Origin: an uncultured delta proteobacterium
GTDB lineage: Bacteria; Myxococcota; Myxococcia; Myxococcales; Myxococcaceae
DNA: 64,000 nucleotides
Assembly: GCA_963796055.1 (NCBI GenBank)
Contig: CAWCKH010000004.1
Coordinates: 1,920,001-1,984,000, forward strand
Direction of reading: 5' to 3'
In this document: positions 34,481 to 45,605 of the stretch, piece after piece
Layout of the letters: every line of letters starts with the position of its first letter
How positions within the stretch are numbered: the stretch's first letter is position 1
Translations under genes and position numbers: made by a program
Notes under the pieces: model-generated
The model's input: only the letters and a program-made list of their open reading frames with translations
What the model was told of the DNA's origin: nothing
Database searches by the model: none

Positions 34481-34496
34481 CGGCACGGACCCTGCC
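34481..34496 (+). promoter_or_regulatory. Second candidate sigma54 promoter
   Basis: CGGCACGGACCCTGCC (GGCACG-N4-CTGC), 13 bp before the ATG at 34510. Confidence 0.45.
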
Positions 34497-34551
34497 CCGG
34501 TCATCGGGAATGAGACCGGTGCTTGTCTGCTCGATAGGTGCCTTGGAGGAC

Positions 34552-34989
34552 ATGGGTCCCGACGTCGAATGGCTGGCCAGCGACGCGGAGGGCCACGTGG
34601 CGCTCTTCAGCAGCCGGGGTGGGGCGATTCCACCGGATGCGGTGCTGCAGGACATGGACGCCCACTTCCGGGCCATCCACGCGCTGCTTGCGGCCCCCGT
34701 GTTGACCCGCGCCCTCTTCCCGCCGCCCGCGCCGGCGAACGAGCGCTGGCGCGCGGCGGCGGACCACGGGCTCTTCGTATACCGCTGCGGCCCGGGCGGA
34801 GGGGCGTACCGGCTGGCCGCGGCGCCGGAGATTCCCATCCGGGCGCTGGAGCTTCCGGAGGTCGCGGGGCTCCTAGTGGGGGCGTTGCGCTTCGATCAGC
34901 TCCGCTTCCGCCACGTCCACTCGGTGACCCCGGACGTGCTCCTGGGCTACTGCCCGACCACCGTCATCACCCCGCCGTTCATCGAGTAG
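34552..34989 (+). CDS. Hypothetical protein (alternative start 34510)
   Basis: GC3-rich frame MGPDVEWLASDAEGHVALFS..GG..P; 43-bp tail-to-tail overlap with the next gene. Confidence 0.55.
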   Translation: MGPDVEWLASDAEGHVALFSSRGGAIPPDAVLQDMDAHFRAIHALLAAPVLTRALFPPPAPANERWRAAADHGLFVYRCGPGGGAYRLAAAPEIPIRALELPEVAGLLVGALRFDQLRFRHVHSVTPDVLLGYCPTTVITPPFIE

Positions 34990-36701
34990 ACGCGGCCCTT
35001 CGAATCGATGGCGATGGGGGTGTACGCAGCGCCGAGGGACTGAAGGAGGAACCGCTGCTCGACCAGCGTCCCTCCCTGGCGGATGGAGTAGACGCGCCCG
35101 TCCTCGCTGTTCGCGTAGACCGTCCCGTCCGGTCCGACGGCTGGCGCGTTGACGCACCACTCGAATCCGTCGGGGTGATCGGAGTTGCAGCTGAGCCCTC
35201 CGTCCGCCTCGGTGGAGCAGCTGCGCGTCTCGGTCGAGGTGAACTTCCATTCGACCTGGAGGTCCCGCGAGAGCTGCGTCATGTTGTAGGGACCTTCGGG
35301 TCCGCCCGGAGGACCGTAGTGGTTGTCCTTGGTGATGATGGAGTATGTCCCGCCATGGACCCAGACCGCGGGGGTCACGTCCCAGCCGAAGTCGTAGGTG
35401 CCCATCAGCTTTCCGTCCGGGCTCACTTTGACAAGATGTCCGCGGCTGCCGTTGTACGCGGTGAATCCCCCGTACAGCACCGCGCCGTCGGGGAGCGCCA
35501 CCGGCACCGAGGAGCCCTGGTCGCTCACCTGGACGGTGGGCTTGAGCCCGGTGTTCGGGTCCACTCCCATCGGAGCGCCCTGCCGGCAGCCGGTGACGAG
35601 CACGTTGCACCCGTCGTTCAGCAGCTCCCGCATGCGGAACGTCCAGCGCGGCGTCAGGTCCGGGTTCAGCGCCACGAGCGAGGAGTCGTTCGGCGCGTAG
35701 TGCGCACGGCTCACCACGAAGATGACCCCGCCGGGGCCGATCGCCGGACCGGAGTTGAACCCTGGGCGCTGGGAGCCACACGGCCCGGTGGGCACCGGGA
35801 CGGGGGCCGGGTAGGGGCGGGGGATCTGGCCCGCGCTGAAGGTGTAAGGGCACTGGTCGGTGGCCGCGGGCGCTCCGGAGACGATGCTCTGGTAAAGCAC
35901 CTTCGTCGGCGGGCCGTTGGTCGGAACGCGGACCAGCCAGCCCTTTGCGTCGGCGGACGTCGGAAGTAGCGGGTCGAGCTCGACGACGTTGTAGAGCAGC
36001 GTCCCATCGGCATCGACCACCAGCGGGCCAGTGACGAACCGGTTGGTGTTCACGTCGGTGAACGGGTTCACGGCCTCGATAACGACGAGCTGTCGGTTCA
36101 GGCGGAAGACCGTTCCCGACGCGCCGGGGACCCAGACCACCTGGTCGTGGGCCGCGTGCTGGAACACGGGTTCCCACGCCCGGACCACCTGCCAGGGCGG
36201 AGGCTTCCAGCTGCTGCCGAAGGACTCCTTCGGGACCAGCGCCCCTGACTCCCAGGCCAGGTGCTTCACCGTCCAGGTCTGCTGGTTCCATGCATCGAGT
36301 CCGCATGGATCCGGATTGCCCAGAGTGCCGGGAGGGTCGCAGCTCACGTACTTGCCGGACTTCACCGCCATGTAGAGGTCGTCGCCGACCACCACGGGTG
36401 TCGCGTAATGCGTGAGAAGGTCCCCCCCTGTCTCGGCGATTTCCTGATCCACGAATTGATCGAAGATGAGGGTGGCGAGCGCGGTGCCGAATCCCGACGC
36501 CGCCACGCACGCCTGCCCCGTATGCGCCCAGTTCTGTCCCCACTGCGTCCAGTCGCAGCCGGCATCCGCCCGGAGGGGGTCGGAGATGAACGGGAGCGGC
36601 GGGCCACTGTCATTCTGGCCAGCGTCGTTGCCACCCGGGGTGTCCGAGCAGGCGGTCAGGCTCAACGCGACCAGCGCGGCGGCGATCAAGAGTGTCTTCA
36701 T
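34947..36701 (-). CDS. Cys-containing lipoprotein with PQQ-like beta-propeller repeats
   Basis: [18 protein letters not shown] lipobox; W.Q.G....HTG; repeats such as PAIGPGG.IFV and [24 protein letters not shown]. Confidence 0.7.
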   Translation of the reverse strand: MKTLLIAAALVALSLTACSDTPGGNDAGQNDSGPPLPFISDPLRADAGCDWTQWGQNWAHTGQACVAASGFGTALATLIFDQFVDQEIAETGGDLLTHYATPVVVGDDLYMAVKSGKYVSCDPPGTLGNPDPCGLDAWNQQTWTVKHLAWESGALVPKESFGSSWKPPPWQVVRAWEPVFQHAAHDQVVWVPGASGTVFRLNRQLVVIEAVNPFTDVNTNRFVTGPLVVDADGTLLYNVVELDPLLPTSADAKGWLVRVPTNGPPTKVLYQSIVSGAPAATDQCPYTFSAGQIPRPYPAPVPVPTGPCGSQRPGFNSGPAIGPGGVIFVVSRAHYAPNDSSLVALNPDLTPRWTFRMRELLNDGCNVLVTGCRQGAPMGVDPNTGLKPTVQVSDQGSSVPVALPDGAVLYGGFTAYNGSRGHLVKVSPDGKLMGTYDFGWDVTPAVWVHGGTYSIITKDNHYGPPGGPEGPYNMTQLSRDLQVEWKFTSTETRSCSTEADGGLSCNSDHPDGFEWCVNAPAVGPDGTVYANSEDGRVYSIRQGGTLVEQRFLLQSLGAAYTPIAIDSKGRVYSMNGGVMTVVGQ

Positions 36702-36816
36702 GCGAGGGAATGCGCCCGGGAGTTCCCCTCGGCCTCCTGGGGGAGGGCACACTTCCGCCCGGCGACGCCCGGCGCGTCAAGCCGAAGGCCGGGAGTGGCG
36801 CCCGGCCGGCGCTGGT

Positions 36817-36843
36817 TGTAACCCACCGGTGCCCTGGCGCGTC
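36817..36843 (+). promoter_or_regulatory. Candidate ECF-sigma promoter upstream of msrP
   Basis: TGTAACC-N16-CGTC, ending 19 bp before the msrP ATG. Confidence 0.45.
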
Positions 36844-36862
36844 TCCCGGGGAGGAACCCGTC

Positions 36863-37852
36863 ATGTCCAAGCCCGAGACCCCCGAGCCGCCCTCCCGCGA
36901 GGTCACCCCCGAGCGCCTCTACCTCCGTCGCCGCGAGTTCTTGAGGAACGCCGGGCTGGGCGTGCTGACCGCTGCCGCCACCGGCGCCGGGCTGGTGGCC
37001 CTGACCCAGGGTGGGCCGGGGCTCGCCCGGCAGGGAGGGAAGGGGAAGCCCGCGCCGGAGCCAGAGCCTCCCAAGATCCTCGGACGCTATAGCACTACCG
37101 AGAAGCCCACCCGGTACGAGGACATCACCCACTACAACAACTTCTACGAGTTCGGGACCGACAAGACCGACCCCGCCGCCAATGCGGGCACGCTGAAGAC
37201 CCGTCCCTGGACGGTGACGGTGGACGGCCTGGTGAAGAAGCCCCTCACCCTCGACATCGACGACTTGTTGAAGTGGTTCCCGCTCGAGGAGCGCATCTAC
37301 CGGATGCGCTGCGTGGAAGCGTGGAGCATGGTCATCCCCTGGCTCGGCTTCCCGCTCGGCGACTTCGTCAAGCGCGTCGAGCCGCTCGGCTCGGCGAAGT
37401 ACGTCGCCTTCCAGACCCTGCTCGACCCCCAGCAGATGCCGCTGCAGCGCAGCCACATCCTCGAGTGGCCGTACGTCGAGGGGCTCCGGATGGACGAGGC
37501 CACCCATCCGTTGACCCTGCTCGTCGCCGGTCTCTACGGGAAGTCGCTGCCCAACCAGGATGGCGCACCGCTGCGGCTGGTCGTCCCCTGGAAGTACGGC
37601 TTCAAGGGCATCAAGAGCATCGTGAAGGTCAGCTTCGTCGAGAAGCAGCCGCCCACCACCTGGTCGCTGGAGGGCCCGAGCGAGTATGGCTTCTACGCCA
37701 ACGTGAACCCCGCCGTGCCGCACCCACGCTGGAGCCAGGCCACCGAGCGCCGGATCGGGGAGTTCGAGCGCCGCAAGACGCTCCCCTTCAACGGCTACGC
37801 CGACGAGGTGGCGAACCTCTACGCCGGCCTGGACCCGAAGACGCTCTACTGA
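36863..37852 (+). CDS. msrP: Periplasmic methionine sulfoxide reductase catalytic subunit
   Basis: Tat [60 protein letters not shown]. Confidence 0.96.
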   Translation: MSKPETPEPPSREVTPERLYLRRREFLRNAGLGVLTAAATGAGLVALTQGGPGLARQGGKGKPAPEPEPPKILGRYSTTEKPTRYEDITHYNNFYEFGTDKTDPAANAGTLKTRPWTVTVDGLVKKPLTLDIDDLLKWFPLEERIYRMRCVEAWSMVIPWLGFPLGDFVKRVEPLGSAKYVAFQTLLDPQQMPLQRSHILEWPYVEGLRMDEATHPLTLLVAGLYGKSLPNQDGAPLRLVVPWKYGFKGIKSIVKVSFVEKQPPTTWSLEGPSEYGFYANVNPAVPHPRWSQATERRIGEFERRKTLPFNGYADEVANLYAGLDPKTLY

Positions 37853-37855
37853 ACG

Positions 37856-38512
37856 ATGGCCCCCCGTCGTGCGCCGCTTCCCTGGTTGAAGCCCGGCCTG
37901 TTCGCCGGGGCGCTGATCCCGCTCGGGGTGCTGGGCTGGCGCGCGGTGCACGGCACGCTGGGGGCGGATGCCATCGCCGTGGGGTTGAACCAGCTCGGCT
38001 ACCTGGCGCTGGTGTTCCTCGTCGCCTCGCTGGCCTGCACCCCGCTGAAGATCCTCACCGGGTGGACGTGGCCAATCCGGATCCGGCGGATGCTGGGGCT
38101 GTTCGCCGCCTTGTACGCCGCCCTCCACTTCACCACCTACGTGGCGATCGACCAGCAGCTCGACTGGGCCGTGCTCTGGGGGGACGTGACGCAGCGGAAG
38201 TTCATGATCGTCGGTTTCCTCGCCTTCCTGACCCTGCTGCCGCTGGTGTGGACCAGCACCGACGCCTCGGTGCGGCGGCTCGGGTTCCAGCGGTGGAAGG
38301 CGCTGCACCGGCTGGCCTACGTCGCCGGGGTCCTGGCGGTCGTGCACTTCATCTGGCGGGTCAAGCTCGATGTCCGGGTGCCGCTCACCTGGGCGGCGAT
38401 CCTCGGGCTGCTCTTCCTGGTGCGCATCGCCGATGTGGTCCGGACGCGCCGGCGGAAGCGCGCCCGGGAGGTGGTGACCGCACGCTCGGTGGACCTCGGC
38501 ACGCCGGGCTGA
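37856..38512 (+). CDS. msrQ: Methionine sulfoxide reductase heme-binding membrane subunit
   Basis: SLACTP, RRMLGL...YA.LH, PL..TS, WK.LHRLAY, VHF.W. Confidence 0.95.
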   Translation: MAPRRAPLPWLKPGLFAGALIPLGVLGWRAVHGTLGADAIAVGLNQLGYLALVFLVASLACTPLKILTGWTWPIRIRRMLGLFAALYAALHFTTYVAIDQQLDWAVLWGDVTQRKFMIVGFLAFLTLLPLVWTSTDASVRRLGFQRWKALHRLAYVAGVLAVVHFIWRVKLDVRVPLTWAAILGLLFLVRIADVVRTRRRKRAREVVTARSVDLGTPG

Positions 38513-38563
38513 GCGGGATGCGCGCGGATGTGCGACGCTGTTCTCCTGGCGGAGGTCCAGCCG

Positions 38564-38953
38564 ATGGACGAAGCGCGCGACGGTTCACTTCTCGAGTGGC
38601 AGTGGTCGATCTACCCGGCCGGACACCGCGACCGCCGGAATCTGCTGGTGCACGCGCTCACCGTTCCCGTCTTCCAGGTCGGGACCGTGGCGCTGGTGAG
38701 CGCGCCCTTCCTCGGCGGCTGGCTGGCGGCGCTGGGCCTGGGGGCGATGGTGGGGGCAATGGCGATGCAGGGACGCACGCACCGGCTGGAGCAGACGCCT
38801 CCCGTGCCCTTCCGCGGCCCCGGCGACGTCGTGGCGCGGATCCTGGCCGAGCAGTGGATGACCTTTCCCCGCTACGTGTCGAGCGGGCAGTTCGCTCGCG
38901 CTTGGCGCGAGGCCGCACCGGCGAGCGCGGCGATGGGCGGCTCGCGGCGCTGA
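38564..38953 (+). CDS. Small membrane protein, Mpo1/DUF962-like
   Basis: GGAGG RBS; Y...H.DRRNLL.H..TVP, Q...H..E..P. Confidence 0.6.
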   Translation: MDEARDGSLLEWQWSIYPAGHRDRRNLLVHALTVPVFQVGTVALVSAPFLGGWLAALGLGAMVGAMAMQGRTHRLEQTPPVPFRGPGDVVARILAEQWMTFPRYVSSGQFARAWREAAPASAAMGGSRR

Positions 38954-38996
38954 GCCCTGGCAGCCGCTCGCAGGCCTCCGGCCTCGGAGGCGCGCC

Positions 38997-40031
38997 TCAC
39001 GGGGTCGGCGGGGGCCGCTCGTTGTTCTCCACCTCGGCCCGCCGGGTCAGGCCAGTGACGAAGGAGGGGGTGAGCGGTGACTCCGACTCGGTGCCCGACC
39101 GGCGCTCGAGGTCCTGGCGGGAGCGCGGGCGCGGGAGGAGCCGGGCGCCGATGGAGAGCAGCTCGGAGAGCAAGCCCGGCGCGAGGCCCTGCAGCCTGGC
39201 CCCCGTCCTCGCGCGGCCGGTGAGGATGAGCTCGGCCTCTCCCCGCTCGCACCCGCGAACGATGCTGCGCGCCGCCGCCCGGGCGCTCATCGAGAAGTAG
39301 GGGAGGGAGTCGAGGACCTTGAACCAGGCGTACTCCGCCTGGTGCTGCCCCTTCACCGCGGCGTGGCGGGGGCTCCCGGTGCGCATCAGCCCCGGGCAGA
39401 CGGTGGTGACCACGATCCCGTCGCGGCGAAGCTCGGCGTGCAACCCCTCGCTCCAGCCCACCAGCGCGAACTTGCTCGCCACGTACGGGAGGAGATGCGG
39501 GGTGGGCACCTTGCCTCCGACGCTGCTGATGTTGACGATGCGCCCCTCCCGCCGGCGGCGCATCTCGGGGAGCACCGTCTGGACCAGGAAGAGCGGCCCG
39601 AAGAAGTGCGTGTCCATGGCCTCCTGGTAGTCGGAGACCCGCATCGTCTCCTCGGGCCCGAGCTGGATGACCCCGGCGTTGTTCACCAGCACGTCCACGG
39701 GTCCGAACCGCTCGACCACCTCGCGCACCGTGCGCTGGACCTGATCCTGGAAGCGCACGTCGCAACTGAAGACTTCCGCCTCGGCGCCGCCGGCCCGCAG
39801 CGCATCGCGCGCCCGCGCCAGCTCCTCGTCGTCCCGCGCGACCAGCGCCAGCCGTGCGCCGCGGCGGGCGAATACCCGCGCCAGCTCGAGCCCGAGCCCA
39901 CGCGAGCCGCCGGTGAGCAGCACCACCTTGCCGCGCAGGTCGTACCGTGGATGGGTGAGGCGCCGGCCGAGCCATACCCCCGCCAGCGCGATCGCCCCGA
40001 GCGCCTTCCAGTTCAGTCGTCGCCGTCCCAT
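38997..40031 (-). CDS. SDR family oxidoreductase
   Basis: [21 protein letters not shown]. Confidence 0.93.
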   Translation of the reverse strand: MGRRRLNWKALGAIALAGVWLGRRLTHPRYDLRGKVVLLTGGSRGLGLELARVFARRGARLALVARDDEELARARDALRAGGAEAEVFSCDVRFQDQVQRTVREVVERFGPVDVLVNNAGVIQLGPEETMRVSDYQEAMDTHFFGPLFLVQTVLPEMRRRREGRIVNISSVGGKVPTPHLLPYVASKFALVGWSEGLHAELRRDGIVVTTVCPGLMRTGSPRHAAVKGQHQAEYAWFKVLDSLPYFSMSARAAARSIVRGCERGEAELILTGRARTGARLQGLAPGLLSELLSIGARLLPRPRSRQDLERRSGTESESPLTPSFVTGLTRRAEVENNERPPPTP

Positions 40032-40121
40032 GCGGCCGAGGGTAGTCACCGCTTCCCCGGGTGCCCGGCTGCCCGGGCTCGCTCGCCTGGGCGCTTCCCC
40101 GGCGTTGCTCCTCGCCCATGG

Positions 40122-40138
40122 CTGAACGTATGTTCAGG
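40122..40138. promoter_or_regulatory. Myxococcus-type LexA (SOS) box
   Basis: CTGAACGTATGTTCAGG: perfect CTGAAC-N4-GTTCAG palindrome, one mismatch to the M. xanthus consensus CTRHAMRYBYGTTCAGS; overlaps the -10 of a TTGCTC-N18-TATGTT promoter. Confidence 0.75.
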
Positions 40139-40151
40139 GCCCCAACCCAAC

Positions 40152-40565
40152 ATGGAACGGACCGAGCTCCTGGCGATGGTGAAGTGTCTCGGGGCCGAGT
40201 TCCGGAAGCGCGGGATGCACGGACACCTCGCGCCCCTGCGGCTCTACTGGCTCGCGCTCCGGCACGATCTGGTCCAGCCCGACCGCCACGGGCTGCACGT
40301 GCAGCTGTCGGAGGAGATGGTGGTGGAGTGGTTCAAGCTGCTCCGGCTTCCCCCGTACGAGCGCGCCTATCCGGTGCAGGCGCCCGGCGCGCGGTGCCCG
40401 CAGTGCCCCCCGGACGAGGGGCCCGCAGTGGAGGTCGTCACCGAGCGGACCTTCCCCGAGGGTCGAAAGGTCGCCTGCCTGGCCTGTCGCACCGCCTGGC
40501 TCGAGCTCGAGCCGCCCACGCGGATGGGTCGCGGCTCGGATGCCTCGAGGCGGAAGCCGTCCTAG
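40152..40565 (+). CDS. Hypothetical 137-aa protein with C-terminal CxxC...CxxC zinc ribbon
   Basis: MERTELLAMVKC...RCPQCP...VACLAC; GC3-rich codons; fills the gap between the SDR and the Cu-ATPase. Confidence 0.7.
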   Translation: MERTELLAMVKCLGAEFRKRGMHGHLAPLRLYWLALRHDLVQPDRHGLHVQLSEEMVVEWFKLLRLPPYERAYPVQAPGARCPQCPPDEGPAVEVVTERTFPEGRKVACLACRTAWLELEPPTRMGRGSDASRRKPS

Positions 40566-40795
40566 GTCCGCGCTGCATGCTGAAGGGACGGCCACCAGGT
40601 CTCGGACTCCGCTCGCCGAGGCTGCCGGCGCGCACGGCTTGCGCCTGCGACGCTACCCTGCAATGGCATGCGGAGAGGGAACGCCGTCCATGAGCGGAAT
40701 GCATGAACCCGGAGGACGGTGGGGCGGCTCCAAGCGTCGGATCGGGCTCCATGACGACGGCTGCCAGTCTTCCAGGGTGCTGCGTGAGCGTCGAG

Positions 40796-43270
40796 ATGGG
40801 CGCCGCCACTGAGGCAGGCGAGGTGATCGATCGCGACCCGGTGTGCGGGATGAGGGTGGATCCGGTGCACCCGAAGGGCGGGACGTGGACGCACGCCGGG
40901 AAGACGTACGGGTTCTGCAACCCGAGGTGCCGGGAGCGGTTCGCAGCCGACCCCGAGCGCTACCTCGCTCGGCCAACGCACGCCGAGGCGAGGCCCGCTC
41001 CGCCGGCGGAGCAGGGTGGCAAACCCACGCCGGCCCATCGGACGCAGCCCCCGCCCGAGCACAGCGACACGTGGATCTGCCCGATGGACCCCGAGGTCGC
41101 GTTGGACCGGCCCGGGCCGTGCCCGAGGTGCGGGATGGCCCTCGAGCCGAAGGAGCCGGCCGCTCGCACGGCGACGCAGTGGGTCTGCCCGATGCACCCG
41201 GAGGTCGTCCGGGACGCCCCGGGGACATGCCCCATCTGCGGAATGGCGCTCGAGCCGCGCACCGTCTCCCTCGACGAGCCGGCGAATCCCGAGCTGAAGG
41301 ACATGCAGCGCCGGCTGCTGGTGGCCGCGCCGTTCACGGTGGCCCTGCTCGCGGTGGCGATGGGCGAGATGGTCGGGTGGCATCTGCCGGGGTGGATCGC
41401 CTGGCTCGAGCTGGTCCTCGCCTCGCCGGTCGTGCTGTGGGGCGGCGCTCCGTTCTTCGCCCGCGCCATCGCCTCGCTGAGGAACCGAAGCCCGAACATG
41501 TTCACGCTGATCGGCCTCGGCGTGGGCGTGGCGTACGGCTTCAGCGTCGTGGCAACGCTGGCCCCGGGCTGGTTCCCGGAGGCGTTTCGAGGTCACGGGG
41601 GGCGGGTGGATGTGTACTTCGAGCCCGCGGCGGTCATCGTCACCCTGGTGCTGGTGGGCCAGGTGCTCGAGCTCCGTGCCCGCGCGGCGACCGGCAGCGC
41701 GCTGCGGGCGCTGCTGAGGCTGCAGCCGGTGTTCGCCCGGCGGGTGGAGGGCGACGTCGAGCGGGACGTGCCGCTCGCCGAGGTCCGGACAGCCGATGTC
41801 CTGCGCGTCCGCCCCGGGGAGAAGGTGCCGGTGGACGGGACGGTCCTCGAGGGACGCACCACCGTGGACGAGTCGCTGGTCACCGGAGAGCCGATGCCGG
41901 TGGAGAAGGGTCCGGGCGATCCGCTCATCGGCGGCACGCTCAACCAGCGCGGCAGTGTCCTGATGCGCGCCGAGCGTGTGGGCGCGGACACCTTGCTCGC
42001 GGGCATCGTTCGCCTGGTCGGAGAGGCCCAGCGGAGCCGGGCCCCCGTCCAGCAGCTGGCGGATCGCGTCTCGGCGGTGTTCGTCCCCGCGGTGATCGCC
42101 ACCGCGGTGGTGACCGGTCTGGTGTGGGCGCTGCTCGGTCCCGAGCCACGCCTGGCATACGCGGTGGTGAACGCGGTGGCGGTGCTCATCATCGCCTGCC
42201 CGTGTGCCCTGGGCCTTGCCACGCCCATGGCGGTGATGGTGGGGACGGGACGTGGGGCGCTCGCCGGGGTGCTCTTCCGGGACGCGACCGCCCTGGAGAG
42301 GCTGCAACGGGCCGACACCCTGGTGCTCGACAAGACCGGGACCCTCACCCTGGGCAAACCGGTGCTGGTGGAGGTCCACCCGGTCCGCGGCGTGAGCGAG
42401 GAGGAGCTCCTGACCCTCACGGCCTCGGTCGAGGCCGGAAGCGAGCACCCGCTGGCCGAGGCCATCATCGGCGGGGCGCGGAGTCGGGGCCTGTCCCTTG
42501 CGCCGGTCGTCGAGTTCCACGCGACCCCGGGCAGTGGCGTGAGTGGCCGCGTCGGCGAGCATCGGGTCGACGTCGGCCGGGGCCCACGGGCCGGGCCGGA
42601 CGCCCCCGGTGTCGCCGAGCTCCTCGACACGGCGCGCGGCTGGCGCGAGCGCGGCCGGACGGTCGCCTTCGTCGAGGTGGATGGGCAGCCCGCGGGGGTG
42701 CTGGCGATCGAGGATCCGATCAAGGAGTCGGCCCGCGGGGCCATCGCCGACCTTGCGCGGGAAGGCATGCGGGTGGTGATCGCCACCGGTGACCATGCCG
42801 CCACCGCCCGGGCCGTCGCCGGGAGCCTCGGCGTCTCCGAGGTGCGCGCCGGTTTGCTGCCCGAGGAGAAGGCCGCGCTGGTCGCTGAGCTCCAGGCGAC
42901 CGGTCGGGTGGTGGCGATGGCCGGTGACGGGGTCAACGACGCACCTGCCCTCGCCCGGGCCGACGTGGGCCTCGCCATGGGGACGGGGACGGACGTGGCG
43001 ATGCAGAGCGCAGGGGTGACGATCGTCTCGGGCGACCTCCGTGGCGTGGTCCGGGCGCGCCGGCTGAGCCGGGCCACGGTGCGGAACATCCGGCAGAACC
43101 TCGCCTTCGCCTTCGGCTACAACCTGCTCGGTGTCCCGGTCGCCGCCGGCGCGCTCTATCCCTTCCTGGGCTGGCTTCTCAGCCCGATGCTGGCGAGTGC
43201 GGCGATGTCGCTGAGCTCGGTCTCGGTCATCGGCAACGCGCTCCGGCTGCGCAACGTGGATCTGGGGTAG
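40796..43270 (+). CDS. copA: Copper-translocating P1B-type ATPase with YHS and two CPM(H/D)P metal-binding domains (start uncertain; 40703 possible)
   Basis: DPVCGM..FC..C (YHS), [54 protein letters not shown]. Confidence 0.93.
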   Translation: MGAATEAGEVIDRDPVCGMRVDPVHPKGGTWTHAGKTYGFCNPRCRERFAADPERYLARPTHAEARPAPPAEQGGKPTPAHRTQPPPEHSDTWICPMDPEVALDRPGPCPRCGMALEPKEPAARTATQWVCPMHPEVVRDAPGTCPICGMALEPRTVSLDEPANPELKDMQRRLLVAAPFTVALLAVAMGEMVGWHLPGWIAWLELVLASPVVLWGGAPFFARAIASLRNRSPNMFTLIGLGVGVAYGFSVVATLAPGWFPEAFRGHGGRVDVYFEPAAVIVTLVLVGQVLELRARAATGSALRALLRLQPVFARRVEGDVERDVPLAEVRTADVLRVRPGEKVPVDGTVLEGRTTVDESLVTGEPMPVEKGPGDPLIGGTLNQRGSVLMRAERVGADTLLAGIVRLVGEAQRSRAPVQQLADRVSAVFVPAVIATAVVTGLVWALLGPEPRLAYAVVNAVAVLIIACPCALGLATPMAVMVGTGRGALAGVLFRDATALERLQRADTLVLDKTGTLTLGKPVLVEVHPVRGVSEEELLTLTASVEAGSEHPLAEAIIGGARSRGLSLAPVVEFHATPGSGVSGRVGEHRVDVGRGPRAGPDAPGVAELLDTARGWRERGRTVAFVEVDGQPAGVLAIEDPIKESARGAIADLAREGMRVVIATGDHAATARAVAGSLGVSEVRAGLLPEEKAALVAELQATGRVVAMAGDGVNDAPALARADVGLAMGTGTDVAMQSAGVTIVSGDLRGVVRARRLSRATVRNIRQNLAFAFGYNLLGVPVAAGALYPFLGWLLSPMLASAAMSLSSVSVIGNALRLRNVDLG

Positions 43271-43331
43271 CGCTGGCGCCGAGCGCCCGGTCGCCGAGCG
43301 GCCCCGTCGAGCCCTTGAGCCTCGCGCTCGA

Positions 43332-45059
43332 CTAGCCCCGGCCCGAGCCCGGTGGCGCAGCGAGCCGGAGCACCGGCACCCGGCGGATCCGCTGGTCGTA
43401 GGACGGATGCCGGAGGAGGAAGAAGCGACGTCGCGCGTCGGCGTCCGCGGCGAAGGCGGGGTCCCTCAGCCGCTCCCCGAAGGCGGCGCGCAGCCCGGCA
43501 TCGCGGGCCAGCTCTGCCTCGGCCCACGGCTCGAGCAGGTACGCCTCGACGTACTCCTGCTGCTGGAACGCGGCGTTGAACGTGCCCCAGGCCGTGAGCG
43601 AGTCGGGACCGGTCGGCTCGAGCAGGTGTGCGGCCAGCGCGGCCCGCGGCTGGGTGAGGGGAACGAGGAGGGTGCCACGCGGCAGCTCCTGCGACCGCGG
43701 CGCCGACCACGCACCCGCCGCGTCCAGCCGCTGCCGGCCCTCGTACGGCGCCGCGGCGGGGCGGGGATCGGTCAGCTCGAACGCCGAGACCCGCGCGGTG
43801 GTGACCCGGGACACGGTCCGGTGCTCGACCCCGTGCCGCCCGAGCGCCTCGGCGACGGGACCGGCCCAGCCAGGCGGCACCGCCCACCCGCCCCGCGGCA
43901 GATCCACCCGGGTGGTCGGCACCAGCCGGCTGCGCAGCGGAACCCGCCAGAGCTCGGGCCGGTCCAGGTGGAAACGCAGGTACGTTCCCCCGGTCGCGGG
44001 AGACGGCGCGCGGTCGTAGGCGTAGGCGGGGAACTCGATGGTCTCGGTCTCCTCGCTGGCGGCGAAGGCGAGGTCGAGCGCGGTGGGCGGCTTGCGCGCG
44101 GTCTCCTCGTCCGCGCGCCGCGTCCGCACCCGCCACGCCGGTCCGTGCTTGCGGACCGAGGCGAGCGCCGCGGCCAGGACGTCGCGCGTCGTCACCACCC
44201 GGGTGCGGTAGTCCTTCCAGCTGTGGGTCTCGACCAGCACCGCGAGCCGGTTCCGGAGCCCCCAGTAGCTGTGGGAGAAGCGCGGCGGATAGACGGTGCG
44301 GGTGAAGCCCGAGGCCGGGTCGTCGTCGCGCACCAGCGAGGGGTAGAAGTCGAGCGGCAGGTGTCCGCCGGCTCGCAGCTCGGCGTGGATCTCCTCCTGG
44401 AGGACCCGCGCCAGCGCCTGCATCGGCGGGGGGCCCTCGAAGAGCGGGGCCACCAGCAGCGAGACGTCCGGCAGGAAGTGCGCCCCGTCGGTGACGTGCA
44501 GGTCGAGGAACACCAGCGGGTCCCATGCCTGGAGCACCGGGAGCAGCGCCCGCATCTCGGGCGCATCGGCCTTCATCCAGTCGCGGTTCAGGTTCAGGTT
44601 CCGGGCGTTGGTGCGCCAACCTTGTTCCCGGGGCCCGTTTTGGTTCGGGCGGTGGTGGGGCGAGGCGTGCTCGTGGCCGTCGACGTTGAAGATGGGGACG
44701 AAGACGAAGGTGACCTCCCGGAGAACGCCGGGAAGGGTCGTGCCCTCGAGCAGCTCGCGGAGAAGCTGGAACCCGGCGTCCTTGCCGTCAATCTCCCCGG
44801 GGTGAATGCCGCCGAGGGCGAACACCACCGGCCGACCCCGGCGCCGAGCCTTCTCCGGGGTCAGCGTCCCGTCGTCGCTGGCGGCGAGGATCCACATCGG
44901 GCGGCCCTCGCCGCTGGTGCCGAACTGCTCGGCGCGCACGCGACCCTTGAAGCGGCGGACGAACGCGCGGGCGAGCGTGTCCACCTCGGCAGCGGGTCCG
45001 GTTTCGAGATACCCCGTGAGCTCGGCGTGGGTCTGCAGGGGGCTGGTCGGTCTGGGCAT
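43332..45059 (-). CDS. M14 family zinc carboxypeptidase
   Basis: GGIHPGEIDGK, NVDGHE, NLNRD, DLHVTDG, LVETHS. Confidence 0.9.
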   Translation of the reverse strand: MPRPTSPLQTHAELTGYLETGPAAEVDTLARAFVRRFKGRVRAEQFGTSGEGRPMWILAASDDGTLTPEKARRRGRPVVFALGGIHPGEIDGKDAGFQLLRELLEGTTLPGVLREVTFVFVPIFNVDGHEHASPHHRPNQNGPREQGWRTNARNLNLNRDWMKADAPEMRALLPVLQAWDPLVFLDLHVTDGAHFLPDVSLLVAPLFEGPPPMQALARVLQEEIHAELRAGGHLPLDFYPSLVRDDDPASGFTRTVYPPRFSHSYWGLRNRLAVLVETHSWKDYRTRVVTTRDVLAAALASVRKHGPAWRVRTRRADEETARKPPTALDLAFAASEETETIEFPAYAYDRAPSPATGGTYLRFHLDRPELWRVPLRSRLVPTTRVDLPRGGWAVPPGWAGPVAEALGRHGVEHRTVSRVTTARVSAFELTDPRPAAAPYEGRQRLDAAGAWSAPRSQELPRGTLLVPLTQPRAALAAHLLEPTGPDSLTAWGTFNAAFQQQEYVEAYLLEPWAEAELARDAGLRAAFGERLRDPAFAADADARRRFFLLRHPSYDQRIRRVPVLRLAAPPGSGRG

Positions 45060-45086
45060 CGGGATCCGAGCAGTCTGGACGAGAAC

Positions 45087-45605
45087 TCAGCCCAGCGGCA
45101 GTACAGGCTGGAGCGCGCGTTCGTGCTGCAGCAGCCACCGCTTGCGCTCCAGCCCGCCCCCGAACCCGGTCAGGTTCCCGTTCGAGCCGATGACCCGGTG
45201 GCAGGGCACCACCACGGGCACGGGGTTCTGCCCGTTCGCCGCCCCCACCGCCCGCGTCGCCCGCGCGTCGCCCAGCTCCTCCGCGAGCCGGCGGTAGCTC
45301 CACGTGGTGCCGGGCGGAATCCGGCGCAGGGTCTCCCAGGTGCGGCGCTGGAACTCGGTACCGTGCAGCCGCACGGGCAGGGCGGCGAGCGCGTCCAGCT
45401 CGCCACCGAAGAAGCGACGGAGCGGACCCGAGACGCCGGCCGGATCGGCCACCGGTACCAGCTCGTACCGCCCCAGCACCCGGGCCACCCAGGATTGCAG
45501 CGGCCCACCACCGTCGAAGGTGATCGCCACCAGGACGCCAGCCTCGGCCGCCACCCCCAGCGGGCCGATGGGCGAGTCGACGACTGCCATCTCGAGCCTT
45601 CTCAC
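45087..45605 (-). CDS. ogt: Methylated-DNA--protein-cysteine methyltransferase
   Basis: DSPIG, GTEFQ..W..L..IP.G...SY, RAVG.ANG.NP....VPCHRVIG. Confidence 0.95.
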   Translation of the reverse strand: MRRLEMAVVDSPIGPLGVAAEAGVLVAITFDGGGPLQSWVARVLGRYELVPVADPAGVSGPLRRFFGGELDALAALPVRLHGTEFQRRTWETLRRIPPGTTWSYRRLAEELGDARATRAVGAANGQNPVPVVVPCHRVIGSNGNLTGFGGGLERKRWLLQHERALQPVLPLG

